DNA of 32,000 bases from Pasteurella multocida (GTDB lineage: Bacteria > Pseudomonadota > Gammaproteobacteria > Enterobacterales > Pasteurellaceae). The position numbers and the translations under genes are program-made. The stretch spans positions 1,290,001 through 1,322,000 of the forward strand of contig NZ_LT906458.1 of the NCBI RefSeq assembly GCF_900187275.1, read 5' to 3'. The notes below the pieces were generated by a model that saw only the letters and a list, made by a program, of their open reading frames with translations, was not told where the DNA came from and searched no databases. Each line of letters opens with the position of its first letter. Positions within the stretch are counted from its first letter, which is position 1. Below, in pieces: positions 18,585-28,657 of the stretch.

Positions 18585-18612
18585 AAAAGAGTGGTAAAGC
18601 CACTCTTTTTTA
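18585..18612 (+). terminator. Rho-independent terminator after the era fragment; may act in both directions
   Basis: AAAGAGTGG (18586-18594) / CCACTCTTT (18600-18608), 5-nt loop, T-run to the right and A-run to the left. Confidence 0.75.
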
Positions 18613-18680
18613 TTGTTTCTACACGATAAAAAAACCGCGAATGCCTTTGCACTCACGGTATATATTACAAATTGAAGTGA

Positions 18681-18726
18681 TAAGTGCGGTCAAAATCAAA
18701 ATTTTTTCTGATTTAACCGCACTTTA
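18681..18726 (-). terminator. Inverted USS pair downstream of tpsA2, candidate terminator
   Basis: AAGTGCGGT at 18682-18690 and ACCGCACTT at 18716-18724 in inverted orientation, just after the tpsA2 stop; inverted USS pairs often form terminators in Pasteurellaceae. Confidence 0.6.
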
Positions 18727-18732
18727 GCGCAC

Positions 18733-21700
18733 TTACTTGGTTTCTGCGTGATAATTCACTACATTAAAGAAGCGTTTACCTTCTTTTTTACCCGCATAAC
18801 CACTCTTCTCCCAAAATGCTTCTTTGAGCCAACTTTCAAATTTTTGATGGCTTGGGAACGTCATTTCGCCGAAGTTTGGATCGAAAAATACGACTTTTTC
18901 GCCTTGAACAAGCGCCGACACAGTATGTGAACCGCCTTCAAGATTAATCGAGATTTTCTTCGCGCCAGCAGTATCGCTACCCGTATCTAAAATCGCTTTG
19001 GTCAATGCGGAAATATCACTTTTCGATACCGTACCCGCCACTTCATCACGACGGCTCAAATCGCCGACTTTTTTCTCTTTCGGTACTACGCCTTGCTCTT
19101 GTAACCAATTATCAGTCAATTTGAATTGCTGCGTCGCACTGCCACTTTGCATAAACTCTGTTTGCAGTTTCTTAATCGAGTCAATCGCCTCTTGCTTCAA
19201 GTGACCTTTCTTACCGCCTTCGTACATCGTATTCCAGAAGTCTTCACCTTGGCTACGGACTTTGTTCGCAATCCAGTGGGCACACGTGGATTCACACACA
19301 CCATGTTGCGTATCAACGTGTTTCACAATTTCGTTGTAAACTTCACCTTTAGATTGTGCATATTTAAAGCTGACTTCACCACCAAATTCTTCCACTGAAG
19401 AACGCACTGCATCAATTTTATGTTTCACTTTCAATGGCTGAAGTTGATCAGAGAGTTTCTGTAAAAAGCTTCTTGGTTGCTCCACTAACGCACGTTGTTG
19501 GACACGCTCTGTCACTGGTTTACTCACAATTTCTGTCTCAGTATTGACCGCACTTTCGCGCTGTTCTGCTTCCTTTTCTCCCTGTTTTACAATTAGTGTA
19601 GGAGATTCAAAAGGAATCGTTTCATACTCAGATTCAGTAGAAGAAGCTTTTACTCTTGGTTGAAGAGTCGCCCCTTCAGATGTGGATCCGCTTGCTGGTG
19701 CCTGTTGGCTTGACGAATCCGCATTAGCATCATTTCCTCCCTCTGGTTGCGTTGCTGGAATTGGTGGTAAAGGGCGTTTCGCATGAGATGTACTTTCCCC
19801 AATTTCTGCATAAATCGGATCACCAGCTATCTCTACTGCTTTTGCTTTACCTTGATTTGGTAATTCTGGTAAAGGATCTGTCGCTTGTCTCCCTCGAGGC
19901 AAGGTCACTTCGGCGTATTCAGACCCGATTTCAACCTTATTACGTTTAAAGTCTGCATTACTGTCACCAACGCGATTGTATGGATTATTCGCAATTTCCT
20001 CATACACATGGTTTTCGGCTTCGGCTTTATGACGAGCGATATCAGAATTGCTGTCGCCTAACTTACTATAAAGGTCTGGGATTTCTTCATATATATGAGT
20101 ACTGCTGTCGTCAGCGGCATCGGTTGTCGCGTTATCTTCTTTAGCTGGAGACAATTTCTCTTTCGCCTTCTTACCCAGTTCCACAATATCAAGCGTTTCA
20201 AAGCTAAAATGTGTGCTCGCATAATTATCATCACGTGTAACTTCTTTTGCGAGGCTAAGATCTTTTTCTACTTGTCCAACAATCTTACTTTGATCTGGAT
20301 TCACACCTGCTAACGTGGATTTCTGTGTCGCTGCATAATGTTTTTGTTCTGCACGTCTACCACGCAAATTCAAGGCAGAAACGCCATTTTCATTTGCACC
20401 GATTGAAACACCTGCTGACCCACCATCTTTATCATGGCGGTCATGTAGAACGGTACTGTTGACTTGCCCTTTCACATTAAAATCACGAGGTTCACCTTTA
20501 TTAACAATATAACCTGCTTGTAAATTCAGATCCTGAATTTCACCTGAGATCTGGTTAGCACGAATACCCGCTTGTTTATTTACAGTACCTCGCGTTTCCG
20601 TTTCATGGCTATAACCTAATCCTACATTACCCGTCGGTTTAACAATGGTTGAGGTTGAAAGGGAGGCGCCCACTGAAGCACTATAGTCAACACTATGCTG
20701 CGTTCTGTGTAACGTATCTTGCTTCGAAATGATGTTCGTTTTCCCTTTGACATGCAAGTCAAGCTTGTCCGCATGAATATTCGAACTTTCTAAGTTAAGA
20801 TCGCCACCAGCTTCAATTTTCAAATGTTGGGCTTGTAATAAACTGTTATTAAATGATTTTTTACGTTCATGACTAATACTTTCATTACCTTCAATGCCAA
20901 CGGATACACCTGCCGTACATCCCGCATTAATGGCACTACAGCCCGCATTTGCTCCACCATAAATTTTCATTCTAGACAGTCTTTCGTCTGATTGGCTGTC
21001 TTTCTCACCGGCTTGGATATTCACATCTTGTTTCGCTTTTAGGGTTAAATTGGTTTTTTCTGCACTCTCTACATTTTTCAGATGAATGCTGCCTTCACGC
21101 GCAGAAAGCACCAAATTCCCTCCTAACTTCGTACGAATATCGCTAGATTCGGTTAGGTGTTTTATTTCTTTCGTGCGTTCAAATGCGCCTTTCACTGATC
21201 CACCAACTAAATCCCCCGTGATCACATTCAAGACATCACTTGCCTGCTGTAACACGACCGTACCATCTTGTTTAATCCCATTCTGCGCATCAATAAACTG
21301 TTTGGCTAAATGACTTACCGCATCGGCAATCGCAGAATGAGCTTCTGCCTCTGGACCAATTTTTAATGTGGTACTTTCAATGTGACGGTCGTATTCATCT
21401 TTTTGTTTCGTCGAGGTAATGTCGCGAGCAGATAGCTCAAACCCTTGCTTCTGTGTTGGTTTTTCTTGCGCAAAAAACTCGGCACTCTTTTCTGACATTA
21501 ACGCATTGATATCAGATGCAGATAAAACTGGCGAAACGGTTTTATCTGTTTTTGCTGTTTTCGCTGTAACATTAGCATTCGTTGCTGGCGTGTCAGTCTG
21601 ACCTTTTGTGTTACTCTGCGTTGGTAAGTTGCTATTAATGTTAACACCACCAATGTCCGCATTCCCTAACACATGTAATGTGCCACTTTCAGCTTGTAAC

Positions 21701-23931
21701 TCACTATTAGTATGGGTTAACAACGTTTCCTGTGTTTTCGTATGACGAATCGCCAAACCTAACTCAGCTCCCACACCCGTGTTAGTGGTTGGTACATTGC
21801 TAGAAGCTTTGCCACCCTCTTTACTGTTGTAGTCATAACGCGCAGAACGTCCTCCTCCACTTGCATGGGCTGAACCATACAGATGTGAAGTATATTCTTC
21901 CGTTTCAAGATTAGTGACATTTTTACCCGCTTGCGTTTTATAGTCACCTTTCACAATCCCGCTTAATTGCTGAGTTTTTAGCGTACTTCCTACTTGATTC
22001 ACATCCTTTTCAACCGCCAAATGTAAACGATCGACCTCTAGGTTTGACCCCACTGACGTCGCTTTTGAACGTCGCTCTGTATAACTTTCAGCAGGTGAAA
22101 AGGTCAACGGACCCGCCTCATAAACATCATAAGATTGTTCCGTCTTATGCGCATCTTTTAAATTCAGATCACCCGTTTTGATAAAGCCAGTTTTTCCTTT
22201 CACATCTGAGGCTTGTAGCGTAATACTCGCATTCTTATCTGTTTCTAAATGCAAATGCCCCTCGCTTCTAATCTCAGCACCTTGTACATCACTACCACCA
22301 GTTTTGCTTGCATGGGAGCGCGCAAGATTTTCAATCCCTTGCTGTCCAACTAAACGTGTTTCTGTACGGCTTAAGATACTGCCTTTATTTTGGATTTTGC
22401 CTTCTGCTTCAATCTTCACGCGGTCACCTGCTAACGTACCACTGTTACTCACATGACCCGCCTTAATCTCAACATCACGAGCATGAATCACGGCATGACC
22501 GCGTCCTTGTGATTTTTGCGCTTCAGCTAAGGTTGATTGTGCAAGATAGACTTGTGGCACAAAGACGTCTTTACCTTTTACCTGCGTTTTGACATACCAT
22601 ACAATATCTTGTTTTAATTTTGCTTGTTGTTCTTGGGTTAAGCTTTCCCCTATTTTCAAACCAAGATCTTTCGCTTCAACAGAAGAGTTGTCGATCAATC
22701 TTTTGACTAAATCGACATTGCTTAGGTTATATTTTTTCGCCAGCTGATTATCAACTTTTTTCTCAATACTGCGCGTAATCAATTGGTGATCAAAATAGTT
22801 ATCCCCTAAGACATTGACTTTCTGCTCTGTTTGACTATCAGATGCCACTTGGTTAAAAAAGTAGTCAGCACCTTTATAATCATCTTGGTTAATGTATTTC
22901 AATTGCGTACGATAAAGCGGATCAGTTTGTACTTTAGGGCGCGCTTCATCTACCGCTTTAAACAAGCTTTGTTTCGCGATTTCTGTCGCTTTTTTTGCTT
23001 CTTCCTCTAAAACTTTCAGTTCTTCTTTGAGTTGTTGCTCCGCTATTTCCTCGGCTTTCTGCTTTTCTGCTTTTTCACGTTGTGCTTTTTCCTCTGCGGC
23101 ACGTTTTGCCTCTTCAGCCTGTTGTGCCTGTCTAGCAATTTCCGCTTGACGTGCCTCTTCCATTTCACGGGCTAATGCTTCTTGCTGAGCACGCTCCAAC
23201 GTTTCTTGCGCTTTCGCAACACCGTCTTCTTCTTGACGTTTTTCCTCTTCTTTGAATTTTTCAGTACGTTCTTTTTGTGCCTTCTCTTTATTTAAACGTG
23301 CTTTTTCTAATAATTCTTGACGCTTGCGATCTTCGGCTAAACGCTTTTCTTCAAACAAGTGGTGTAATCGCTCTTGCAACGCTCTTGGTAAACTCTCAAA
23401 ACGTTGATTATTTAAACGTCTTTCCTCATAAAATGCTTCTTCATCAATGTATTGCTCCTCATTCAGTTCTTTCAAATAACTGTTCAGTAAACGACCATTT
23501 TTCGCGATTTCATCAGGATCAAGATAGTTAGGTTGCTCGCCCTCAATGATCTTTAATTCATCTTCATCAATTTCTCTTGTTTTCTTGTCTAACTGTACAC
23601 TGTTATCAATAAATAAATTAGGTATATCAAGAAGCTCTGATAAAGCCGATAAATCAACGCCTGTATCATTAATTTCTTTATCTGCGACTTCAGGGATAAA
23701 CTCACTTTGTGGCAAAGTTAAAGTATGCTTACCGATCTGCAATTGACCATCAAATCCGCCTTGAATAGAACGCTCGCCATTTTGTAAGCTGTTTGTTTTG
23801 AGTGCTAAGCTGCCCGCCAAAATTTTGGCTTTTTGCTCAGGGTAATACACAAAACTGGTCGGATTTTGTTTAAAGGCTTTCCAACGTTGTGTCATTTTGT
23901 TCATGAGAAAGTTGATGCCAGTTTTCCCCAA
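18733..23931 (-). CDS. tpsA2 C-terminal fragment: coiled-coil, hemagglutinin-like repeats, tyrosine/proline motifs, terminal YopT-like domain
   Basis: 1732 aa; overlaps the preceding ORF. True coding starts about at the frameshift, 23895-23898. Confidence 0.85.
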   Translation of the reverse strand: MGKTGINFLMNKMTQRWKAFKQNPTSFVYYPEQKAKILAGSLALKTNSLQNGERSIQGGFDGQLQIGKHTLTLPQSEFIPEVADKEINDTGVDLSALSELLDIPNLFIDNSVQLDKKTREIDEDELKIIEGEQPNYLDPDEIAKNGRLLNSYLKELNEEQYIDEEAFYEERRLNNQRFESLPRALQERLHHLFEEKRLAEDRKRQELLEKARLNKEKAQKERTEKFKEEEKRQEEDGVAKAQETLERAQQEALAREMEEARQAEIARQAQQAEEAKRAAEEKAQREKAEKQKAEEIAEQQLKEELKVLEEEAKKATEIAKQSLFKAVDEARPKVQTDPLYRTQLKYINQDDYKGADYFFNQVASDSQTEQKVNVLGDNYFDHQLITRSIEKKVDNQLAKKYNLSNVDLVKRLIDNSSVEAKDLGLKIGESLTQEQQAKLKQDIVWYVKTQVKGKDVFVPQVYLAQSTLAEAQKSQGRGHAVIHARDVEIKAGHVSNSGTLAGDRVKIEAEGKIQNKGSILSRTETRLVGQQGIENLARSHASKTGGSDVQGAEIRSEGHLHLETDKNASITLQASDVKGKTGFIKTGDLNLKDAHKTEQSYDVYEAGPLTFSPAESYTERRSKATSVGSNLEVDRLHLAVEKDVNQVGSTLKTQQLSGIVKGDYKTQAGKNVTNLETEEYTSHLYGSAHASGGGRSARYDYNSKEGGKASSNVPTTNTGVGAELGLAIRHTKTQETLLTHTNSELQAESGTLHVLGNADIGGVNINSNLPTQSNTKGQTDTPATNANVTAKTAKTDKTVSPVLSASDINALMSEKSAEFFAQEKPTQKQGFELSARDITSTKQKDEYDRHIESTTLKIGPEAEAHSAIADAVSHLAKQFIDAQNGIKQDGTVVLQQASDVLNVITGDLVGGSVKGAFERTKEIKHLTESSDIRTKLGGNLVLSAREGSIHLKNVESAEKTNLTLKAKQDVNIQAGEKDSQSDERLSRMKIYGGANAGCSAINAGCTAGVSVGIEGNESISHERKKSFNNSLLQAQHLKIEAGGDLNLESSNIHADKLDLHVKGKTNIISKQDTLHRTQHSVDYSASVGASLSTSTIVKPTGNVGLGYSHETETRGTVNKQAGIRANQISGEIQDLNLQAGYIVNKGEPRDFNVKGQVNSTVLHDRHDKDGGSAGVSIGANENGVSALNLRGRRAEQKHYAATQKSTLAGVNPDQSKIVGQVEKDLSLAKEVTRDDNYASTHFSFETLDIVELGKKAKEKLSPAKEDNATTDAADDSSTHIYEEIPDLYSKLGDSNSDIARHKAEAENHVYEEIANNPYNRVGDSNADFKRNKVEIGSEYAEVTLPRGRQATDPLPELPNQGKAKAVEIAGDPIYAEIGESTSHAKRPLPPIPATQPEGGNDANADSSSQQAPASGSTSEGATLQPRVKASSTESEYETIPFESPTLIVKQGEKEAEQRESAVNTETEIVSKPVTERVQQRALVEQPRSFLQKLSDQLQPLKVKHKIDAVRSSVEEFGGEVSFKYAQSKGEVYNEIVKHVDTQHGVCESTCAHWIANKVRSQGEDFWNTMYEGGKKGHLKQEAIDSIKKLQTEFMQSGSATQQFKLTDNWLQEQGVVPKEKKVGDLSRRDEVAGTVSKSDISALTKAILDTGSDTAGAKKISINLEGGSHTVSALVQGEKVVFFDPNFGEMTFPSHQKFESWLKEAFWEKSGYAGKKEGKRFFNVVNYHAETK
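18745..19433 (-). other. YopT-like (peptidase C58) cysteine-protease domain at the TpsA2 C-terminus
   Basis: HGVCESTCAHWI (Cys codon 19294-19296), EGGSHTV (His codon 18925-18927), FFDPNFGEM (Asp codon 18880-18882). Confidence 0.8.
19547..19555 (-). other. DNA uptake signal core ACCGCACTT inside tpsA2
   Basis: Exact 9-mer. Confidence 0.7.
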
Positions 23932-26575
23932 AGGCAGCCACCATCCCTTTCTGTAACATTGGAGAATGTCTTACTTGTTGTAATAACTTATACGCACTGA
24001 AGTTCTCTGCTGAATAGAGATTCGCTTTAATAATTGGCGATGGCGATAATAACGCATCGAGAAAATCACCAAAGGTTTTAAAATTTCTTTCCGTATTCCC
24101 TAATCGAAAGAAAATATGACGAGTATAAGGTTTGTAGTGAATAGTCACATCCGCTTCTTGCTGGAAGAAATGTGATAATGCGTCAAATTTAAGCAGTTTC
24201 ATTTCATTGACAATTTCATCTGCATCAGAACGGAAAGTGCCTTTCACATTAATCACACCATGATTCGTAATACTGGAGAAACCTCTTTCATTATCTCTTT
24301 TCGAGTTAAAGATCAAATTACTGTCTGTACGAAGCGAACCAAGTTGTTGCACCTCAACAACAGGCTTGTCGATTTCTTTTACGTTGACGTTTAATTCATA
24401 GAAGTTATTATGCCAACCATGTTTTGCCGTTTCATTGATACGATAATAACGCGTATAATCTTTTTTCAGATCTTGATACTCAAGACGACCTGTGAGAGTA
24501 ACATCATTAATTAACGCGTTTGCATTGATCGTCGCGTCACCTTTAGCAAAAATATTCCCTAAATTGTACACCGTGCGATCCGCTGTGAGGTTCATGGCGC
24601 CTTCAGAATGGAGTAGACTCTTACCTTGATTAATAAGATATCCTCCTTGGTTTTCTCCTCTTTTCGCGCTCAGATTCAAACTTTTACCCGCCCCCAAGAT
24701 ACCGCCTATGTTATAAATGCTGCCTTGTTCGGTATTAATCGTTAAATTTTGAGCACTTGCTAAGGTACCGTAATTCACAAAACCAGACTTGGTATTGATC
24801 GTGATATTCGCGTTTAATTGAATATTTTTCGCTTGATCAATTTGAACATTTTTTGCCGTGATTTCTAAGTTGTCTTTTGCTGTGATAAAGTTATTTCCTT
24901 CAGTCACAAAACTGGTGTCATCTTTAAAAGTGAGCTTGGCATTACCGTTACTGTGAATTAGCCCAGTGTTGACAAACCCCGGCGCTAACAATGAAGCGCC
25001 TTTTAAGAAACTCAGTGGTTGATTAACCCCATCCTCAAGTAAAAGATCACGACCTTTGGTTTGAATATCAAGTTCGCTAGACGCATAGATTTCTTTACTA
25101 TTGACTAAATTATCAGCATCTAGCGTCACTTTCTTGCCGTAAATGCTACCTTTATTGGTTAATTTATTGGTTGTTGTGCTCAGCTCATTAGCAATAAGTT
25201 TCGCGTTATCTTCAAGATTCACACTCTTACTTGCTGTAATTTTGGCACTCGTTTTGGCAGTTAATTTCGCATTTTGTCTTACTGTTGTTTCTTGTGCTTG
25301 AATATCGACCGCTTTGTTGGCTTTAACTTCCTTACCAATAATAACGTGCTTACCGCCTTTAACCGTAAAATTCCCTTCCGCATGAGCTTTGGCATAATTC
25401 TCATTCTGATTATTTTTTGTATTGCCTAATTCAACATCGCCCTCATGGGTTTCAATTTGAATATCCGCCTCAGATAAAATAATGCCATCATGTTTTACCC
25501 CAGCGCCTTTATCCGTTACGATTAATTTGATATTTTTACCGTACATTGCACCGGTACTCGCACCGCTAATCGCAATTTCACCTTGTGCCTCAGCGGTATG
25601 CTTTTCTGTCACTTGATGTGTCTTTAAATCATATTTACTGTTACCTGCGACAAAAGTGATATCGGTTTCGGAATTTCCTGTTCTTTCTTTTGTAATCGCT
25701 TGTTTTTGTTCAATCTTTTTGGCAATGATATCCAAATAAGGTAAGCCATCTGTGGCAAATCCATCCACCCCAATTGTCACTGTACCTTGCGTGACATTTA
25801 ACTGCATTTGCTCAGGATCAATGGTACTACTGGTTGTTGCCACAAAACGATTGGCATTAATGGTTTTTACCCCATTAAGCACAATGCCATTTTGGTTCGC
25901 AATCACCAAATCGGCTTTTTGCCCTAAAATTTCAAGGGCGCCTTCAATTTTACTGGCATCCGGTCCAGTCACCTGATTTAAGATCGCTTTTGCTTCACTA
26001 CCTTCCGTTAAATTCTGGTTACCTGGCAAATACCCCACTAACTGTGAGCGTTTTTCCTTGGCGCTATTGTTAAATACCGCCCCATTTGGGATGTTGAAGT
26101 GTTTAAAACGGTTATCTGAAATGCCCTTTTGGTTTGGTTTTGCAATATCAACAATGATGACATTATTCTCAGTATGTTTGATTTTTGTTTGATGCTCCCC
26201 TTTATGATGCTCTCTATCTAATTCCACATGATAGCTGTTGCTATTCGTCACATCAGTTAATTCAGGTTTTCTTTGTACCACTGAATCTGTATCAGAGGCT
26301 TGTGCCATAAGAGGAAAAGACACCACACTTAATAATAAAACGGCGTATTCTTTCCAAGTCAACGACATCAATGTTGAAACCGGATTAAATGCGGTTTTGA
26401 CTAATACAGAAAGGGTCGAAAGCGGCGAGTTGAGCGCTGGTTGAGAAGCACTTATCTCGGTGTCAGAAACGTCTTTTGATGAGGCATTTCCTACTGCAGA
26501 ATTAATCGTTTCAGCAACAGGTACAAGACAGCCTTTAGTTTTACTAAAAATGAGTTTATAGCGATTTTTATTCAT
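23870..26575 (-). CDS. tpsA2 N-terminal fragment: ESPR signal peptide and TPS domain
   Basis: MNKNRYKLIFSKTKGCLVPVAETINSA; VIANQNGIVLNGVKTINANRFVATTSSTIDPEQM; starts 30 bp after the tpsB2 stop, as in copy 1. Confidence 0.88.
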   Translation of the reverse strand: MNKNRYKLIFSKTKGCLVPVAETINSAVGNASSKDVSDTEISASQPALNSPLSTLSVLVKTAFNPVSTLMSLTWKEYAVLLLSVVSFPLMAQASDTDSVVQRKPELTDVTNSNSYHVELDREHHKGEHQTKIKHTENNVIIVDIAKPNQKGISDNRFKHFNIPNGAVFNNSAKEKRSQLVGYLPGNQNLTEGSEAKAILNQVTGPDASKIEGALEILGQKADLVIANQNGIVLNGVKTINANRFVATTSSTIDPEQMQLNVTQGTVTIGVDGFATDGLPYLDIIAKKIEQKQAITKERTGNSETDITFVAGNSKYDLKTHQVTEKHTAEAQGEIAISGASTGAMYGKNIKLIVTDKGAGVKHDGIILSEADIQIETHEGDVELGNTKNNQNENYAKAHAEGNFTVKGGKHVIIGKEVKANKAVDIQAQETTVRQNAKLTAKTSAKITASKSVNLEDNAKLIANELSTTTNKLTNKGSIYGKKVTLDADNLVNSKEIYASSELDIQTKGRDLLLEDGVNQPLSFLKGASLLAPGFVNTGLIHSNGNAKLTFKDDTSFVTEGNNFITAKDNLEITAKNVQIDQAKNIQLNANITINTKSGFVNYGTLASAQNLTINTEQGSIYNIGGILGAGKSLNLSAKRGENQGGYLINQGKSLLHSEGAMNLTADRTVYNLGNIFAKGDATINANALINDVTLTGRLEYQDLKKDYTRYYRINETAKHGWHNNFYELNVNVKEIDKPVVEVQQLGSLRTDSNLIFNSKRDNERGFSSITNHGVINVKGTFRSDADEIVNEMKLLKFDALSHFFQQEADVTIHYKPYTRHIFFRLGNTERNFKTFGDFLDALLSPSPIIKANLYSAENFSAYKLLQQVRHSPMLQKGMVAAFGENWHQLSHEQNDTTLESL

Positions 26576-26604
26576 ACTAAGTTAATCCTTCAACTTAAAA
26601 AACA

Positions 26605-28335
26605 TTAAAAAGAAACAGAACCACTGACGTAATAAACCGGTTTTTTATCCTGAGGTTTCACTTTTCTTACCGTGTTGAGTGGTTGAGCATAAGTGAATGA
26701 GAAATTGAATAATCTCACTTGTCCCTTCACCCCTAGCGCAAAACCTGCAAGGGTATCTGTTTGATGAGATTGTTTGACATGTACCTTACCAATATCTACC
26801 CCGACGAAAGGTGATATTTGAGAAAGGTAAGCTTTTTGTGGATAAAACGGGATGCTAAGGGTTTGTGAAAAATACGCACCACTGTCGCCTGAAGCAGCTC
26901 CACCTTTAAATCCTCTGACAGTATATTCATCACCAATAGAAAATTGATTTTCCGAATACAAACTATCAAAGCCATATTGAGCACCAATACGCGCTTGGTA
27001 AGTCAGCGATCGATCAAACATGACTATTGGACGGAGCCAGTTAACACTTCCTGACAATAATTTTAAAGTTTTTTCACGTTTTGTGTCATAGGCTGAATAA
27101 TCCGCACCAAACCATCTCAACCCATTCGCATAAGCAATATCACTGTAGAGCTTGCCATAGCCTAAATTCGTCACATAAGACAAGCCAATATTCAGCTTAT
27201 TATTGTGATAGTCACCTATCTCAATATCTGAGAAATAACTCAAGCGTTTTTTAAATTCTAATTCACCGTACACAGACAAAATTGTCTCTTTATTACGCAA
27301 TAAAACGTGGGATAACTTCAGTGTTGCTGTCTGTGTTTTTCCCGAAGAGGTGTAAACGTCATTCTCCCCTTGAAGGCTTTTCTTATATTCCGATTCAGCT
27401 AACTTCAGTTCTAAAGTCGAGAAAGACAGAGGTTGAACATAAGACAACGCATAATTACGTTGTTGGTTTGCTTTACTGTGCTTATAAAAACGGTAACCTG
27501 TCGAAAAAGACCATCGATCATTGGTGCCGAGTAAGTCACTCCACGCAACATTGAGACTGGCTTGATTACGTCCATTGGCATTATTTTCTGTCCCTGAATT
27601 ATTGATACTCAAGGTTACCTCAGGCCAATCGTTTCGGACTCGTTCAATATTAAGATTAGATGCGCCTTTTTCCTTACTTGCTACGACACTGACTTTGGCA
27701 CTTTTGTTAGTCGTGTTCAAAATTTCTACCATCTGATCAATATCATAAACATTGAGTAATTTGTTTTTCAGATTTGGCAACACAGCTAACATGGCTTTAT
27801 CTCTAAAATGCGTCGCTTTCTCACCCGCCACGAGAATATCGTTAACTGTTCCCCACAAAACCACAAATTCGAGATCACCATTCTTGATCTTCGGATTTTT
27901 TAAACCTATGGCACTGGTCACATAGCCGGAACGATACAGCAAATCAGTAAGATCTTTGACGAGTTGAAAAACGACCTTGGTTGACAAGGGTTTATTGAGA
28001 TAGCGCTGGCTCACTTCATCGAAATTTAAAGCGCCGCCCTTTCCACCTAAATCAATGGTTATACGCGTGATTTTTTTCGATGTTTCATCTACGCTATCTG
28101 TCGCAAGGGTTGACTTTGCCTCTTCTTCAACGGCTTGTTTATCTTCTAAAAACTGCTGCGCTTTTTTGAAATTTTCATTCACATTTTCAAATTGTTGTTT
28201 GTTTTTTAAATGGAATAATTCCTGTGTGAGCAGATTTGTTTCCTGACTATAAGCAAGAGTTGATTGTCATAAAAGAAAGGTTGCTGAGCAACTTAAAAAT
28301 AAGTACTTTAACCTGTTAAATTGATATTTTCCCAT
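26605..28335 (-). pseudogene. tpsB2: TPS transporter with an in-frame TGA at codon 23 (signal peptide)
   Basis: ATG at 28335-28333 reads [60 protein letters not shown]...; TGA at 28267-28269 where tpsB1 has TGC ([12 protein letters not shown]). Downstream 525-aa ORF 26605-28182 is in the same frame. Confidence 0.88.
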
Positions 28336-28657
28336 AAAATCTCCGTATTTTTGAGAACAAAAATGCTACTACAAAAAAATCAAAATTATTAATCAATCTG
28401 GTTGTACCAGTATTTATATTACGAAGGGAGTACAAAATAAAATAATAATGTGCAAATATCAACCCAACAAAGATTAAAATTTAACTCATTTGTATAAATA
28501 TTGATAAAAATCATATTATCAATAAGTTAGGCTATTTTTAATACATTGAATAATGTTAATGGAATGAAGTGCTTAGGAAAACATTGAAGTGAATAAAATA
28601 TAATCAAAAAAAAAGAAAGCGGACAGGGAATAAACAAAGCACAAACAAAAAAAGATA

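Larger units (their letters stand above)
18733..26575 (-). pseudogene. tpsA2: second LspA/IbpA-like TPS exoprotein (~2614 aa if uninterrupted), broken by a +1 frameshift
   Basis: 901-aa and 1732-aa ORFs overlap in different frames. Removing one A from the A4 run (T4 at 23895-23898 on +) joins ...GENWHQLSHEQ-MTQRWKAFKQNPTSFVYYPEQKAKILAG..., which aligns to TpsA1. Confidence 0.85.

Noticed and set aside
3691-26575. CdiA-type contact-dependent inhibition system
   Set aside because: No VENN-type pretoxin motif seen, no cdiI-like immunity ORF directly downstream of either tpsA, and the domains look host-directed.
28606-28614. A9 tract between menH and tpsB2 as a phase-variation switch
   Set aside because: It lies ~270 bp from the tpsB2 start with no promoter placed around it; length alone is not enough in such AT-rich DNA.
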